A stretch of 64,000 bases of DNA from Mobula hypostoma (taxonomy: Eukaryota), in assembly GCF_963921235.1 (NCBI RefSeq), contig NC_086097.1, forward strand, positions 55,554,001-55,618,000, in the 5' to 3' direction. Shown here piece by piece: positions 63,350 to 64,000 of the stretch. Positions within the stretch are counted from its first letter, which is position 1; each line of letters begins with the position of its first letter. The translations under genes and the position numbers were made by a program. The notes beneath the pieces are model-generated. The model was not told where the DNA came from, did no database searches, and saw nothing but the letters and a program-made list of their open reading frames with translations.

Positions 63350-64000
63350 ACATAATGAAAACCAGGCTTATTATCACTGACATACCGTATGTCGAGAAAT
63401 TTATTGTTTTGTGGTGGCAGTACAGTGCAAGACATAAAATGTACTATAAGCTACAAAATAAGTAAATAAACAGTGCAAACTATCAACAAGGTAGTGTTCG
63501 TGGGTTGCTACGAAATCTGAAGATAGAGAGGGAGAAGCGATTTCTAAAACGTTGAGAGTGAGTCGTCAAGCTCCTCCCTGATGGTAGTAACCAGAAGAGG
63601 ACATACCTTGGTTGGAGAGGGTCTTTAATGATGGATTCCACTCCTTGAGGCATTGCCTTTTGAAGATGTCCTCAGTGGTGGGAAAGATTGTGTCCATGAT
63701 GAAACTGCTCTCCAACTCTCTGCAGCATCTTTTGATCATTTGCACTGGAGCCTCCATATCAGGCTATGATGCAACCAGTGAGAATGTTCTTCACTGTATA
63801 TCTGTGGATACTAGAATTAGCCTTTAGCGACACAGGAAATCTCTTCAAACTTCAAATGAAATTGAACTGCTGGCATGCTTTCTTTGTAATTGTGTCAATC
63901 TGTTGGACCCAGGATAGATCCTCTAAGATTTTGAGACCCAGGAATTTAAAGCTGCTCACCTTTCCAACCACTGATCCCCACAATGAGGACTGGTACGTGC
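63350..64000 (-). mobile_element. Rex1/Babar-like LINE 3' end, degenerate
   Basis: Minus-strand VERVSSFKFLG, AESWRA/FPTTEDIFKRQCLK, LLPSGRS. Tail gtactgccaccacaaaacaataaatttc...gtcagtgataataagcctgg. Confidence 0.75.

Noticed and set aside
168..63827. Many 60-215-aa ORFs antisense or out of frame to TE ORFs, or in pyrimidine-rich UTRs
   Set aside because: They are shadows of TE coding sequence or low-complexity DNA, not independent genes.

Overview
This window is vertebrate genomic DNA, intronic or intergenic, and most of it is transposable-element debris. The repeat set suggests a cartilaginous fish, probably a ray or shark (inference): CR1/HER1-like LINEs, V-SINE and Deu-SINE-like SINEs, Neptune-type Penelope-like elements (PLEs), Rex1/Babar, RTE, L1/Tx1, Gypsy, and Tc1/mariner MITEs. 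I found no intact host gene, rRNA, genuine tRNA or CRISPR array. All long ORFs are TE-derived and mostly disrupted. The most interesting signal is a set of about 10 minimal type-I hammerhead ribozyme (HHR) motifs in PLE terminal repeats. These include a 217-bp palindromic HHR mini-element with its own 15-bp target-site duplication (TSD), three fold-back structures centred on the HHR, and two cases where a younger PLE inserted into the terminus of an older PLE-type element, once inside the ribozyme itself. Other observations are a probable ~5.5-kb inversion splitting an RTE element, an L1 with a duplicated ORF1 C-terminus, and MITEs with nested palindromic termini. Family names come from recognising motifs by eye, not from database searches. 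Boundaries not anchored by a TSD are approximate.
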